A DNA stretch of 24,947 nt from Alphaproteobacteria bacterium (GCA_965261975.1 CBDHEC010000041.1:1-24947); one strand, 5' to 3'; numbered from the stretch's first letter, positions 12,460-21,427 are shown. Notes: a model not told the origin generated them from the letters alone. A program made the numbers and translations.

Positions 12460-14175
12460 TCAGGCGGTCACTTCGGAGGGCGCGCTTTTGCGATCCATTA
12501 GTTTCTCGGCGGCGGCGCGCGCCTCGTCGGTGATGTCGGCGCCGGCGAGCATCCGGGCAATTTCCTCGCGTCGTTCCTCGGCATCGAGCCGTGCAACATC
12601 CGTCGTGACCGTTTTGGCGGAAGGTTTACCACCTGTCCGTTTCTCGACCCGCAGATGCTCACCGGCCGCCGCCGCCACTTGCGGGCTATGCGTAACGACC
12701 AGAATCTGTTGTTCCTGGCCTGCCTCGGCCAACTCGGCCAGACGTTCGCCCACCGCGGCTGCGGTCGCGCCGCCGATGCCCGTATCCACTTCGTCGAATA
12801 CGATGGTGCGCGCACCCGATGTGCCTGCGAGCACGACCTTGAGGGCCAGCATGAAGCGGCTCAGTTCGCCGCCGGACGCAATTCGGCCCAGCGGACCCGG
12901 GGTTGCGCCGGGGTTGGTCGAGACATTGAAGGCAACGGCATCGATGCCATGCTCGGCCCAGTCGGCCTCGTCCAATGGTGTGACGCTCGTGGTCAGGGTC
13001 GCATTGTCGAGTTTCAGGGGCGGGAATTCCTTGGCGATCCGGGTGTCCAGCTTTAGGGCTGCTTTCTGGCGGGTCTGGGACAGACTTTCAGCACCCTCGC
13101 AATAATCGCGCCGTGCTGCCTCGACGTTCTTTGCCAGCGTGTCGAGATGATCGTCGCGCCCATCGATGGCCGCGAGCTGCGAGGCAAGACTTTCACGCAA
13201 CCCGGGAAGTTCGTCGGCGGGGACCTGGTGGCGGCGCGCGGCCGCCAAGATGGCAAACAACCGTTCCTCGACCGCCTCGACCTCTCCGGTGTCCGTGTCC
13301 AGGGCATGGGCGACGGAGTAGAGTTCCTGTATCGCCTCGGCGAGTTCAGCGCTGCTTTTGTCGATTGCCGCGATAACCGGGCCAAGCCGTCCGCCGGCGA
13401 TGTCGTCGTCGCGTTCCAGGCGGCCTGCGGCGCGCTGGAGCATCGTCTCGGCGCCGCTTTCGCCCGTCAGCGCATCCGATGCCTCGTTCAGGGTCTCGAC
13501 CAGGCGCCCTGCGTTCTGCAGCAATTGTCGGCGCGAAGACAAATCGGCTTCCTCCCCGACCTGGGCTTCCAACTGGTCGAGTTCCTCGAGTGCCGCACGC
13601 AGTTCGTCTGCTTTGTCTGCCGAGGCAGAGAGCGCCTGTTGCGCCTCTTGATGCCGGGTAACCGCGTCGCGCCACGTATGGAACCGCGCGGCGACCTGCT
13701 TGCGCGCCTTCTCGGTGCCGGCGAACGCGTCCAGCGCACGGCGCTGATTCACAGGCTCCGCGAGGGAGAATCGCTCGAATTGGCCATGAATCTCGACCAG
13801 AGAATCACCGATTTGGCGTAACAGCCCGATACTGATCGGTTGGTCATTCAGGAAGGCGCGGCTCCGCCCTTCAGCGCTGACCGTTCGCCGGAGAATCAAC
13901 TCTTCGCCGGGATCTATCTCAATGCCGTGCGTCTCCAGCAGGTCTTCAATACCTGCCGCGCTGCTCTCGTCGAATATTGCAGTGACGGAGGCCTGGTCTG
14001 CGCCCTGGCGCACAAGGCCGGCGTCGGAACGTGCGCCGAGAGTCAGGCCAAACGCGTCCAGAAGGATGGATTTGCCGGCTCCCGTCTCGCCGGTCAGAGC
14101 GCTCAGTCCCGAGCCGAACGTGAGTTCAACCCGATCGATCAGGACGACGTCCCGGATCGACAGCTGGCGTAACAT
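12460..14175 (-). CDS. recN: DNA repair protein RecN (SMC family)
   Basis: 571 aa. Walker A LTGETGAGKSIL, EIHGQ, long coiled coil, signature IASGGELSR, Walker B IVFDEVDTGIGG, VVTHSPQVAA, EIARMLAG. Confidence 0.96.
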   Translation of the reverse strand: MLRQLSIRDVVLIDRVELTFGSGLSALTGETGAGKSILLDAFGLTLGARSDAGLVRQGADQASVTAIFDESSAAGIEDLLETHGIEIDPGEELILRRTVSAEGRSRAFLNDQPISIGLLRQIGDSLVEIHGQFERFSLAEPVNQRRALDAFAGTEKARKQVAARFHTWRDAVTRHQEAQQALSASADKADELRAALEELDQLEAQVGEEADLSSRRQLLQNAGRLVETLNEASDALTGESGAETMLQRAAGRLERDDDIAGGRLGPVIAAIDKSSAELAEAIQELYSVAHALDTDTGEVEAVEERLFAILAAARRHQVPADELPGLRESLASQLAAIDGRDDHLDTLAKNVEAARRDYCEGAESLSQTRQKAALKLDTRIAKEFPPLKLDNATLTTSVTPLDEADWAEHGIDAVAFNVSTNPGATPGPLGRIASGGELSRFMLALKVVLAGTSGARTIVFDEVDTGIGGATAAAVGERLAELAEAGQEQQILVVTHSPQVAAAAGEHLRVEKRTGGKPSAKTVTTDVARLDAEERREEIARMLAGADITDEARAAAEKLMDRKSAPSEVTA

Positions 14176-14181
14176 GCGGGG

Positions 14182-15006
14182 CTAGAACGGCCAGAGACGG
14201 CCGAAGAACCCGTCACTCTCGACCGGGTCGGGCACACCGTCACCATCCAGGTCGCGGACAAGCTCACCTTCGACGAGCTCGTAACTGTCGATGTACCACT
14301 CGCTGCCCGGGAAGTTGTGTCCGAGGACGGCCGCATTCGACTGCGCTTCAGGCTCGATACCCAGGGCCGTATAGGCTTCCGAGAGCCGGTGCAGAGCTTC
14401 GGGGACATGGGTGGTCGTCTGGTAGTCCTCGATCACGGTCCGATAGCGGTTGATCGCGGCGAGATAGTTGTCGCGTTCGTGATAGTAGCGCCCGATTTCC
14501 ATTTCCTTGCCCGCCAGATGATCACGGGTCAGATCGATCTTCAGAATCGCGTCCTTGGCATAGCGGGAGTCGGGAAACCGGCGGACGATATCGTCCAGGG
14601 ATTGCAGTGCGAGCTCGGTCGTGCGCTGGTCACGACCCACGTCGGTAATCTGCTCGTAGTAGCTAAGCGCCTTCAGATAATACGCGTAGGAGATATCGCG
14701 ATTACCGGGATGGAGCTGAATAAACCGGTCGGCCGAAAGTATCGCATCGTCATACTGGCCGTCGGAATAGTAGCTGAATGCCGACATGAGCTGGGCCTTG
14801 GTCGCCCAGATCGAATAAGGGTGTTGGCGTTCGACTTCCAGGAAAGTGTCCGCCGCGTCGGCGAAGTTCTCATTTTCGGCCTGATCGACGGCCTCGTTGT
14901 ACAACTCCTCGACCGGGCGTTCGATATAAACGGGACCGTCATCGGAGGAGCATGCTGCCAGAATCGATGCCGCCAGCAGGGCAGCCGCGATACCGCGATG
15001 TTTCAT
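14182..15006 (-). CDS. bamD: Outer membrane protein assembly factor BamD (ComL) lipoprotein
   Basis: Lipobox ILAAC after the signal from ATG 15006 (alternatives 15027 and 15036). TPR-like motifs ERQHPYSIWA, FIQLHPGN, DVGRDQ, HLAGKEMEIGRYY, AAINRY, PEALHRL. Located between lpxC and recN. Confidence 0.95.
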   Translation of the reverse strand: MKHRGIAAALLAASILAACSSDDGPVYIERPVEELYNEAVDQAENENFADAADTFLEVERQHPYSIWATKAQLMSAFSYYSDGQYDDAILSADRFIQLHPGNRDISYAYYLKALSYYEQITDVGRDQRTTELALQSLDDIVRRFPDSRYAKDAILKIDLTRDHLAGKEMEIGRYYHERDNYLAAINRYRTVIEDYQTTTHVPEALHRLSEAYTALGIEPEAQSNAAVLGHNFPGSEWYIDSYELVEGELVRDLDGDGVPDPVESDGFFGRLWPF

Positions 15007-15104
15007 CCAGATATTTCTGTTCGGCATAATTTTCAAATCTCGCGAGTCTGGGCCGCCACAAACTGACGTTTCGCAGCGGATTCAAGCGTGATCATCGCTG
15101 GCTA

Positions 15105-15113
15105 TTTATATCA
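15105..15113 (-). promoter_or_regulatory. Putative extended -10 element (TGaTATAAA) for bamD-recN
   Basis: Minus-strand TGATATAAA just downstream of the lpxC terminator, in an AT-rich patch. No convincing -35. Confidence 0.45.
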
Positions 15114-15134
15114 TGCCGGTTGCGGATTCACAGC

Positions 15135-15161
15135 AAAACGGGCCGACAAAGCCGACCCGTT
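15135..15161 (-). terminator. Rho-independent terminator after lpxC
   Basis: Minus strand AACGGGTCGGC-TTT-GTCGGCCCGTT-TT: 11-bp stem with two G-U pairs and a short U run, 25 nt after the lpxC stop. Confidence 0.65.
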
Positions 15162-15186
15162 CAATCCAGCCCGATAATTGAGACGT

Positions 15187-16113
15187 TCAGGCTATTGCGG
15201 CGAGGGGTTCCGGCTCGTCGACGGCTTCCGGCAATTCGGCGTAACGCCAGGCAGAGGGGTCGGCGAACAAGGCGCGGACGATCTCGTGGTTCATGGCATG
15301 GCCTGAACGATAACCCTGGAAATGGCCCGAGATCTGAGCACCTGCGAGATAAAGATCGCCGACACAGTCGAGGATCTTGTGGCGCACGAACTCGTCCTTG
15401 TAGCGCAGGCCTTCGTCGTTGAGGATTTCATCGCCGCTGACAACCACAGCATTGTCGAGGCTGCCGCCCAGGGCGAGGCCCATGCGCCGGAGCTGATCGA
15501 CTTCCTCGGCGAAGCCAAACGTACGTGCGCGCGAGATTTCACCTTTAAAGGTGCCGTTCACCAGGCGCACGTTCATGTCCTGTTTGCCGATAGCATCGGA
15601 ATCGAAGTCGATGCTAAAGCCAACCGAAAAACCGGAGCCGGGAGAGAGTGAGACTTCGCGGCCGTCGATTTCAACATCGACCCGCTTGAGAACTTCAATA
15701 AACCGTCGCGGGGCGTCCTGGGATACCACGCCGGCGCATTCGATCAGGAAGACGAAGGGGGCAGCACTGCCGTCCATGATCGGCAGCTCGGAACCGCTGA
15801 CTTCCACATAGACATTATCGATGGCGCAGCCGGCGAGCGCGGCGAGCAAATGCTCTACCGTCGCGACGGTCACGCCGTCTTCATTTCCCAAGGTGGTGCA
15901 GAGCGTGACCTCGACGACGTTCTCGACAAGGGCCGGAATTTCGGCACCGTTTCCAATTTCATCCGTCCGGCGGAAAACGATTCCGGTATTTGTCGGGGCC
16001 GGCTTGAGGAGGATCGAAACCGTTTCGCCCGTGTGCAAGCCCGTACCGCTGCAGCCTATTTCACTTTTGAGCGTGTGCTGCAGGCCCAAATCTGTGTCCG
16101 GAGTAGAAGTCAT
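15187..16113 (-). CDS. lpxC: UDP-3-O-acyl-N-acetylglucosamine deacetylase
   Basis: QHTL...[59 protein letters not shown]. Start is ATG 16113 or 16131; 16188 is unlikely. Confidence 0.96.
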   Translation of the reverse strand: MTSTPDTDLGLQHTLKSEIGCSGTGLHTGETVSILLKPAPTNTGIVFRRTDEIGNGAEIPALVENVVEVTLCTTLGNEDGVTVATVEHLLAALAGCAIDNVYVEVSGSELPIMDGSAAPFVFLIECAGVVSQDAPRRFIEVLKRVDVEIDGREVSLSPGSGFSVGFSIDFDSDAIGKQDMNVRLVNGTFKGEISRARTFGFAEEVDQLRRMGLALGGSLDNAVVVSGDEILNDEGLRYKDEFVRHKILDCVGDLYLAGAQISGHFQGYRSGHAMNHEIVRALFADPSAWRYAELPEAVDEPEPLAAIA

Positions 16114-16228
16114 CCGCTTTATATCTTTCATTTCGGTCGCGAGGTGTCCGCGAGAAACCAATTTCTGATACCGAGTGTAACAACTCATACTGGGCTGTCA
16201 CAAATCACTCTTTGTTACAGAATGTTGC

Positions 16229-16271
16229 GGACGGAAGCCGCGGATTACTGGAGAAATCCGCGGCTTCGTCC
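16229..16271 (-). terminator. Strong hairpin immediately downstream of ftsZ (terminator-like or mRNA-stabilising)
   Basis: Perfect 13-bp inverted repeat GAAGCCGCGGATT (16234-16246) / AATCCGCGGCTTC (16255-16267), 8-nt loop, extendable by GGAC/GTCC. No U-tract on the minus strand. Confidence 0.55.
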
Positions 16272-16281
16272 ATTCAGGCGA

Positions 16282-18204
16282 TCAGTTGGCCTGCCGGCGC
16301 AAAAACGCCGGTATTTCGAGCATGTCTTCGTCCTCGCGAGCGGTTTCGCGGGGAGCTGCGGGCTCGATATTGGCCAGGGTTGGTTGGGTTGCCACTTCGG
16401 CCACCGGCTCCGGGGCCGGCGCAGGGGTCGCAACGGTCGCTGCAACCGGCTCCGCCACAGGGGCAGGTGCCGGTTCCGCGGCCGTTTCGGCTACCGGTTC
16501 GGCAACCGGTTCGCTGGGAGCTTCAGCGACCGTTTCGGCGACAGCTTCTTCGACCGTCTCGGCTTTCGGCTCGATTGCCGTTTCGGCGACCGGCTCCGCG
16601 ACGGTCTGCGCGACCGGTGCGGTTTCACTGGCAGGTTCTACTGCGACCAGAGCCGGTTTCTCGACATCCTCGACCGCGGTCTCGGCAACCGCTGCCGGCG
16701 CGGTTGTAACCGCAGGCGTCGGAGCGGGTGCAGCCGGTTTGGCTGTCTCGACCGCCGCCGGTTTGGCAGCGACCGGCTCACGCCGTTCCTCGACCTTGGG
16801 CTTGGCGTCGGCCTGTTCCTCGGTCATGGCCCGGTTTACGGCTCCCGTCACCTTCTGGAACAGGCTTCGACCGCGACGGCGTTCAGCCTGGGCACCGGCG
16901 TTGGTGATCGCCGCTTCGGCAAACGCATCGGGGCGCTGGGCCTCGGCGCGTGGTGCCGGACGACGTTCTTCGACAACGGGCTTGGGCGGGATGAACGGCG
17001 ACGCTGCGGACGGCGCCTCCGTGACCGTTGCGGCGGGTTGCGGCTGCGGTGCGGGGGCTGTAGCCACCGGCGTCGCAGGTGCTGCCGAGGCCGGGGTGTC
17101 CTCGGTGGATTTCGCAGCCGGTGGGGTCGCGTCGGTTGCCGGTGCGGCCTCGGGGGCGGCTTCGACCTGCTTGGCCTTTGACTGATCGGAATCATGCACC
17201 AAAGAGATCATCGGCGAACGTGGCAGGGATTCGGCGTTTGCATCGATACCCGTAGCGACGATGGAGACGCGCATCATGCCTTCGGATTTCTCGTCAAACG
17301 TCGAACCGAAGATGATGTTGGCATCCGTGTCCACTTCCTCGCGGATGCGGTTTGCCGCCTCATCGACCTCGAACAGGGTCATGTCGGGGCCGCCGGTGAT
17401 ATTGATCAGAACCCCGCGTGCACCGCGCATCGACACATCGTCGAGAAGCGGGTTGGCAATTGCGGCTTCGGCGGATTCGATCGCGCGGCTGTCGCCCGAC
17501 GCTTCACCCGTACCCATCATCGCCTTGCCCATCTCGCTCATCACCGTACGAATGTCGGCGAAGTCGAGGTTGATCAGGCCCGGCATGATCATGAGGTCGG
17601 TTACACCACGTACGCCCGAGTGAAGGACGTTATCGGCCATGCAGAAGGCATCGGCGAAGGTGGTGTTCTCGTTACAGATCCGGAACAGGTTCTGGTTCGG
17701 AATCACGATCAGGGTATCGACGAAGTGTTGCAGTTCTTCGATGCCCTCATCGGCCAGGGTGGCCCGATGCCGGCCTTCGAACTGGAACGGCTTGGTGACA
17801 ACGCCGACCGTCAGGATGCCCTGTTCGCGCGCGGCGCGTGCGATGACGGGTGCCGCACCGGTACCCGTACCACCACCCATACCCGCGGCGATGAAGGCCA
17901 TGTGACTGCCCTGCAGGTGGTCGATGATCTCGTCGAGCGCCTCTTCTGCAGCGGCGCGACCAATGTCCGGTCGTGCGCCGGCGCCAAGACCGTTGGTGAT
18001 GTTCGCGCCAAGCTGGATGCGTCGCTCGGATGCGTTCATCGCCAAGGATTGGGCGTCGGTGTTGGCGACGACGAATTCGACGCCTTCCAGGTTGGACGCG
18101 ATCATGTTGTTGACCGCGTTCGAACCGGCACCACCAACGCCGACAACGACGATCCGTGGCTTGAGTTGGGAGTCAGGGGGGGGAGCAGTGAGATTGAGCG
18201 TCAT
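16282..18204 (-). CDS. ftsZ: Cell division GTPase FtsZ with very long C-terminal linker
   Basis: 640 aa from ATG 18204 (SD GGAGG upstream). Motifs [17 protein letters not shown], tubulin signature [10 protein letters not shown]7 loop INLDFAD, C-terminal peptide [12 protein letters not shown]. Confidence 0.98.
   Translation of the reverse strand: MTLNLTAPPPDSQLKPRIVVVGVGGAGSNAVNNMIASNLEGVEFVVANTDAQSLAMNASERRIQLGANITNGLGAGARPDIGRAAAEEALDEIIDHLQGSHMAFIAAGMGGGTGTGAAPVIARAAREQGILTVGVVTKPFQFEGRHRATLADEGIEELQHFVDTLIVIPNQNLFRICNENTTFADAFCMADNVLHSGVRGVTDLMIMPGLINLDFADIRTVMSEMGKAMMGTGEASGDSRAIESAEAAIANPLLDDVSMRGARGVLINITGGPDMTLFEVDEAANRIREEVDTDANIIFGSTFDEKSEGMMRVSIVATGIDANAESLPRSPMISLVHDSDQSKAKQVEAAPEAAPATDATPPAAKSTEDTPASAAPATPVATAPAPQPQPAATVTEAPSAASPFIPPKPVVEERRPAPRAEAQRPDAFAEAAITNAGAQAERRRGRSLFQKVTGAVNRAMTEEQADAKPKVEERREPVAAKPAAVETAKPAAPAPTPAVTTAPAAVAETAVEDVEKPALVAVEPASETAPVAQTVAEPVAETAIEPKAETVEEAVAETVAEAPSEPVAEPVAETAAEPAPAPVAEPVAATVATPAPAPEPVAEVATQPTLANIEPAAPRETAREDEDMLEIPAFLRRQAN
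16389..16630 (-). repeat. Degenerate ~12-bp (tetrapeptide, VAE[P/T]-like) tandem repeats in the FtsZ linker
   Basis: Encodes [78 protein letters not shown]. Recurring ACCGGYTC and GTTTCGGC words in the DNA. Confidence 0.7.
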
Positions 18205-18324
18205 TTTTGCCTCCAGTTTTACAGCAGTGAGCTCATGGGAAGATCGACCAGACATGGTCGGGACGGTGACCCACCGTCCCGGCGCATGCCGAAACCCTGG
18301 GTCGGGGGAGTGGGGGAGAGAATC

Positions 18325-19665
18325 CTAGAAATGTTCACGGAACCACTGACCAAACCGCCCGGTGAAGCGGCTTGATTCCCCCTGTCGTACCGGCGACGGC
18401 ATCGTCAGCGACGACGAATTGTCGACCGCATGGGCGATAAGGCCCGCGCCGGTGGCGAATGCGGGGCCGGCGATTGCTTCCGCGAGACCGCGGACACGCA
18501 AGGGCCGACCCATGCGAACTTGCTTGTCGAGAATGCGCGCTGCGAGATCGCGCACGCCTTGCAGCTGGCTGGCCCCGCCCGTCAGGACGACGCGTCGGCC
18601 CGCTAGGGGCCCAAAGCCGCTGTCGTCGAGGCGCGCGCGCACCAGTTCGAAAGTTTCTTCGATGCGCGGCTGGATAATGCCGTTCAGCAGCGAGCGCGGC
18701 AGTTGCACCGCAGCGTTATGCTCCTCTTCGCCCACCTGGGGCACATCGAGCAGGTCATGCTCGTCGGATTCCGTGGCCAGCGCATTGCCGTAGAATGTTT
18801 TGAGGCGCTCGGCGTTGGCGAGCGCGGTGGACAGGCCGCGTGCGACGTCGGATGTCACATGATTGCCGCCGACAGGGATCGTGTCCGCGAACATCATCTG
18901 GCCGTCATAGAAGATTGCCAGACTGGTGGTCCCGCCGCCCATGTCGACAACGGTGACCCCGAGGTCGGCTTCGTCTTCCACGAGGGTGGAGAGACCGGCT
19001 GCATAGGGCGAGAGGACGAAGTCTTCGACACTCAGATGGCAACGCTCAACGGCCGCGCGGATCGTCCGCACCGCGTTGGTCGACGCGGAGACGAGATGCA
19101 TGTTTACCGACAACTTCTGTCCGAACATGCCGCGGGGGTCATCTATGCCCTTCTGGCCGTCGATGGCGTAACCCACGGGGATGGAATGGATCAGCTCGCG
19201 TTCCTTGGCCTGGCCATTCCCGTTCGCGCCGTTGTTGGCCTGGCGGATGGTGTGGGTTTGCTGGAAGACACGGTGCAAGTCCATCTCGTCGATCTGCTGT
19301 CCGCCGATGTCCACATCGACGCCGAGTATTTCGGATCGCGGTGAGCCGGTGCTGAGATTGACCGTGACCGAGCTGATGGTTTCCTGTGCCATCTGTTCGG
19401 CCATGTGTACGGCCTTGCGGATGGCGTCCTCCGCGGCGTCGATGTCGATTATCGTGCCGTTTTTCAGACCGCGGCTGAGCTGGTGGCCGGCGCCGATGAC
19501 GCGCGGCTGTGCGCTGGGTGCCGTGCTGTTTTCCGCAGAGTAGCGTCCGGCCCGCGCGATCAGGCAGCAGACTTTACTGGTGCCGATGTCCAGGACGGCG
19601 AATGTGCCGGTCCGAGGTTTGATCAGTTTCTTCGGCAAGCCGCCGGTCCCCCAATCCATGCTCAT
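18325..19665 (-). CDS. ftsA: Cell division protein FtsA
   Basis: 446 aa. Motifs VLDIGTSKV, VVDMGGGTT, GGNHVTSDVA, AERLK, VLTGGASQL, C-terminal amphipathic helix FGQWFREHF. ATGA overlap with the ftsQ stop. Confidence 0.96.
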   Translation of the reverse strand: MSMDWGTGGLPKKLIKPRTGTFAVLDIGTSKVCCLIARAGRYSAENSTAPSAQPRVIGAGHQLSRGLKNGTIIDIDAAEDAIRKAVHMAEQMAQETISSVTVNLSTGSPRSEILGVDVDIGGQQIDEMDLHRVFQQTHTIRQANNGANGNGQAKERELIHSIPVGYAIDGQKGIDDPRGMFGQKLSVNMHLVSASTNAVRTIRAAVERCHLSVEDFVLSPYAAGLSTLVEDEADLGVTVVDMGGGTTSLAIFYDGQMMFADTIPVGGNHVTSDVARGLSTALANAERLKTFYGNALATESDEHDLLDVPQVGEEEHNAAVQLPRSLLNGIIQPRIEETFELVRARLDDSGFGPLAGRRVVLTGGASQLQGVRDLAARILDKQVRMGRPLRVRGLAEAIAGPAFATGAGLIAHAVDNSSSLTMPSPVRQGESSRFTGRFGQWFREHF

Positions 19666-20510
19666 GTGTCTTTTCCCTCGGCTTTCGGCCGGGGCGCGCT
19701 GTCGCGACCGACACGGACAATCAAACGATCGGGGACCCGCAGATCGACGGCGACGACGTCGCGATCGAGCAGGGCATGCTCGCGCTGAAAGTCGTCAAGC
19801 CGGGTCAGTGCGGCGGAGATATTCGCTTCGGGCAGCCGCACATCGATCCCGTTGTTGAGACGAAGGTTCCAGCGCCTCTCCGAGACGCGCACGGCGGCTT
19901 CGATGGCCTTGGCGACGGCGGGATAGGTTTGCAGCAGATCGATCAGCTGCGCGGCATGCTCAGGTGCGCCGTCGCCCACGATCAGGGGCAGATGCGCAAA
20001 CTGGTTCAGGTCGGAGCGTTGAATGGTCTCGCCGAAGCGGTCCACCAGCGCGGCGCGCCCGTCATGTTGCCAGATGGCGAGTGGCTGGCGCTCGATAATC
20101 CGGACAAACACCACATCCGGTAGTCGGCGCGCGATTTCCGCCGAGCGGACCCAACCCATGGATTCGACGCGCGCGCGGGCGGCGTCCATGTCCATGGCGA
20201 GGATCGGAGATCCGCGCTCAATATCCAGAGCGGCAAGTATTTCGGCCGAATCGGCGTTCTGACGACCGCTGAGGACGACATCGTCCACCCGCAGGCCGGC
20301 GTCGGCCGTCACATCGAGGACCGAAGCACGCAGCGTGTTCATCTGCGCGTCGACCCAACCGCTGGCCGACAATTGCCAGGCGACGCCGGTCAGGGCAGCG
20401 ATGCCCCCGACATAGACGCCGGCTTTGATTATCCGGCGACGTCGGCGACTAACCGGAGGCCGTCTCGTGCTCTTGTTCTTCGAAGCGCCGATCTTAGGGA
20501 TCAATCGCAT
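19662..20510 (-). CDS. ftsQ: Cell division protein FtsQ/DivIB
   Basis: Start ATG 20510 overlaps the ddl end (ATGCGATTGA). Basic N-terminus, one TM helix, POTRA domain (WVRSAEIARRLPD...ERQPLAIWQ), RRWNL, VDLRVPDR. Confidence 0.92.
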   Translation of the reverse strand: MRLIPKIGASKNKSTRRPPVSRRRRRIIKAGVYVGGIAALTGVAWQLSASGWVDAQMNTLRASVLDVTADAGLRVDDVVLSGRQNADSAEILAALDIERGSPILAMDMDAARARVESMGWVRSAEIARRLPDVVFVRIIERQPLAIWQHDGRAALVDRFGETIQRSDLNQFAHLPLIVGDGAPEHAAQLIDLLQTYPAVAKAIEAAVRVSERRWNLRLNNGIDVRLPEANISAALTRLDDFQREHALLDRDVVAVDLRVPDRLIVRVGRDSAPRPKAEGKDT

Positions 20511-21427
20511 TGCGCGGTCTCCACCATCCAACTCACAAGTTCAGGGAATGCGATGCCGCAAAAAGTTGCCTGTTCGGGCACCAGCGACAGGCGGGTCATG
20601 CCCGGCTGGGTATTGATCTCGAGGATCACCAGCGCGTCGCGGTCGTCGTCATATCGGAAATCGGCACGGGTAACGCCACGGCAATAAAGTGCCTTGTGCG
20701 CCCTGGCCGCCCAGGTCATCGCCTGGTCATACACGCCTTCGCTGACAGGGGCCGGCACGAGGTGCTCGGTGACGCCGTCGGTGTATTTTGCTTCATAGTC
20801 ATAAAAGCCTTTGGTCGGCCGCAGCTCGGTCACGGCCAACGGACGCGGGTCTTCGCCCGCGGCACCCATGACGGCGACCGTCAATTCGCGGCCCGGGATG
20901 AATTCCTCAACCAGGTTTGCGTCGGTCTCAAGCGCTTCGGGGTCGGGCCCGTTCGCGCCATCCTCGATAATCTGAACGCCCACCGAGGAGCCTTCGCTGT
21001 TGGGTTTGATCACGTAGGGTCGCGGCATCACATCGCCCGCGAGGATCTCCTCGCGGCTGGCCAGCCTGCCCTTGGCGATCCCGAGGCCTTCGGTCGCGAA
21101 GACAGCGCGGGCAGCGGTCTTGTCCATGGCCAGTGCCGAAGACAGCACGCCGGAATGTGTGTAGGGCAGGTCGAGGAGGTTCAGCAGGCCCTGGATGTTG
21201 CCGTCCTCACCGAAGTTGCCGTGCAGCGCGTTGAAGACCGCGTCGGGGCGCGGATCGAGAGCCTCGAGCAACGCGCCGATGTCGGCGGTGACGTCGATTT
21301 CGTATGCGTCATATCCGGCCTCGCGCAAGGCGTCAGCGCATTGGCGTCCGGAATCCAGAGACACTTGGCGTTCGGCCGACGTGCCCCCCATCAGGACGCC
21401 CACGCGTTTTTGTGCGGGTGCGTTCAT
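20501..21427 (-). CDS. ddl: D-alanine--D-alanine ligase
   Basis: True start ATG 21427 (ATGA overlap with the murB stop), 308 aa. Motifs VLMGGTSAERQVSL, FNALHGNFGEDG, PYTHSG, KPNSEGSSVG, FYDYEAKY, EINTQPGMT. Confidence 0.96.
   Translation of the reverse strand: MNAPAQKRVGVLMGGTSAERQVSLDSGRQCADALREAGYDAYEIDVTADIGALLEALDPRPDAVFNALHGNFGEDGNIQGLLNLLDLPYTHSGVLSSALAMDKTAARAVFATEGLGIAKGRLASREEILAGDVMPRPYVIKPNSEGSSVGVQIIEDGANGPDPEALETDANLVEEFIPGRELTVAVMGAAGEDPRPLAVTELRPTKGFYDYEAKYTDGVTEHLVPAPVSEGVYDQAMTWAARAHKALYCRGVTRADFRYDDDRDALVILEINTQPGMTRLSLVPEQATFCGIAFPELVSWMVETAQCD

Noticed and set aside
12447-15186. Alphaproteobacterial LexA box (GTTC-N7-GTTC) for recN or ligA
   Set aside because: None was seen in the intergenic segments. 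recN has only a 6-bp gap after bamD.
16389-16630. Repeat region considered as a CRISPR array or mobile repeat
   Set aside because: Repeats are short, degenerate, in-frame coding units without unique spacers, and no cas genes are present.
15850-17185. Long plus-strand ORFs (443 aa Arg-rich; 299 aa Ala/Gly/Ser/Thr-rich) opposite ftsZ
   Set aside because: They are by-products of the stop-poor, low-complexity FtsZ linker read in antisense frames.
18205-20700. CtrA boxes (TTAA-N7-TTAA) expected near the ftsZ and ftsQA promoters
   Set aside because: No such motif was seen by eye in the ftsA-ftsZ spacer or the ddl 3' end.
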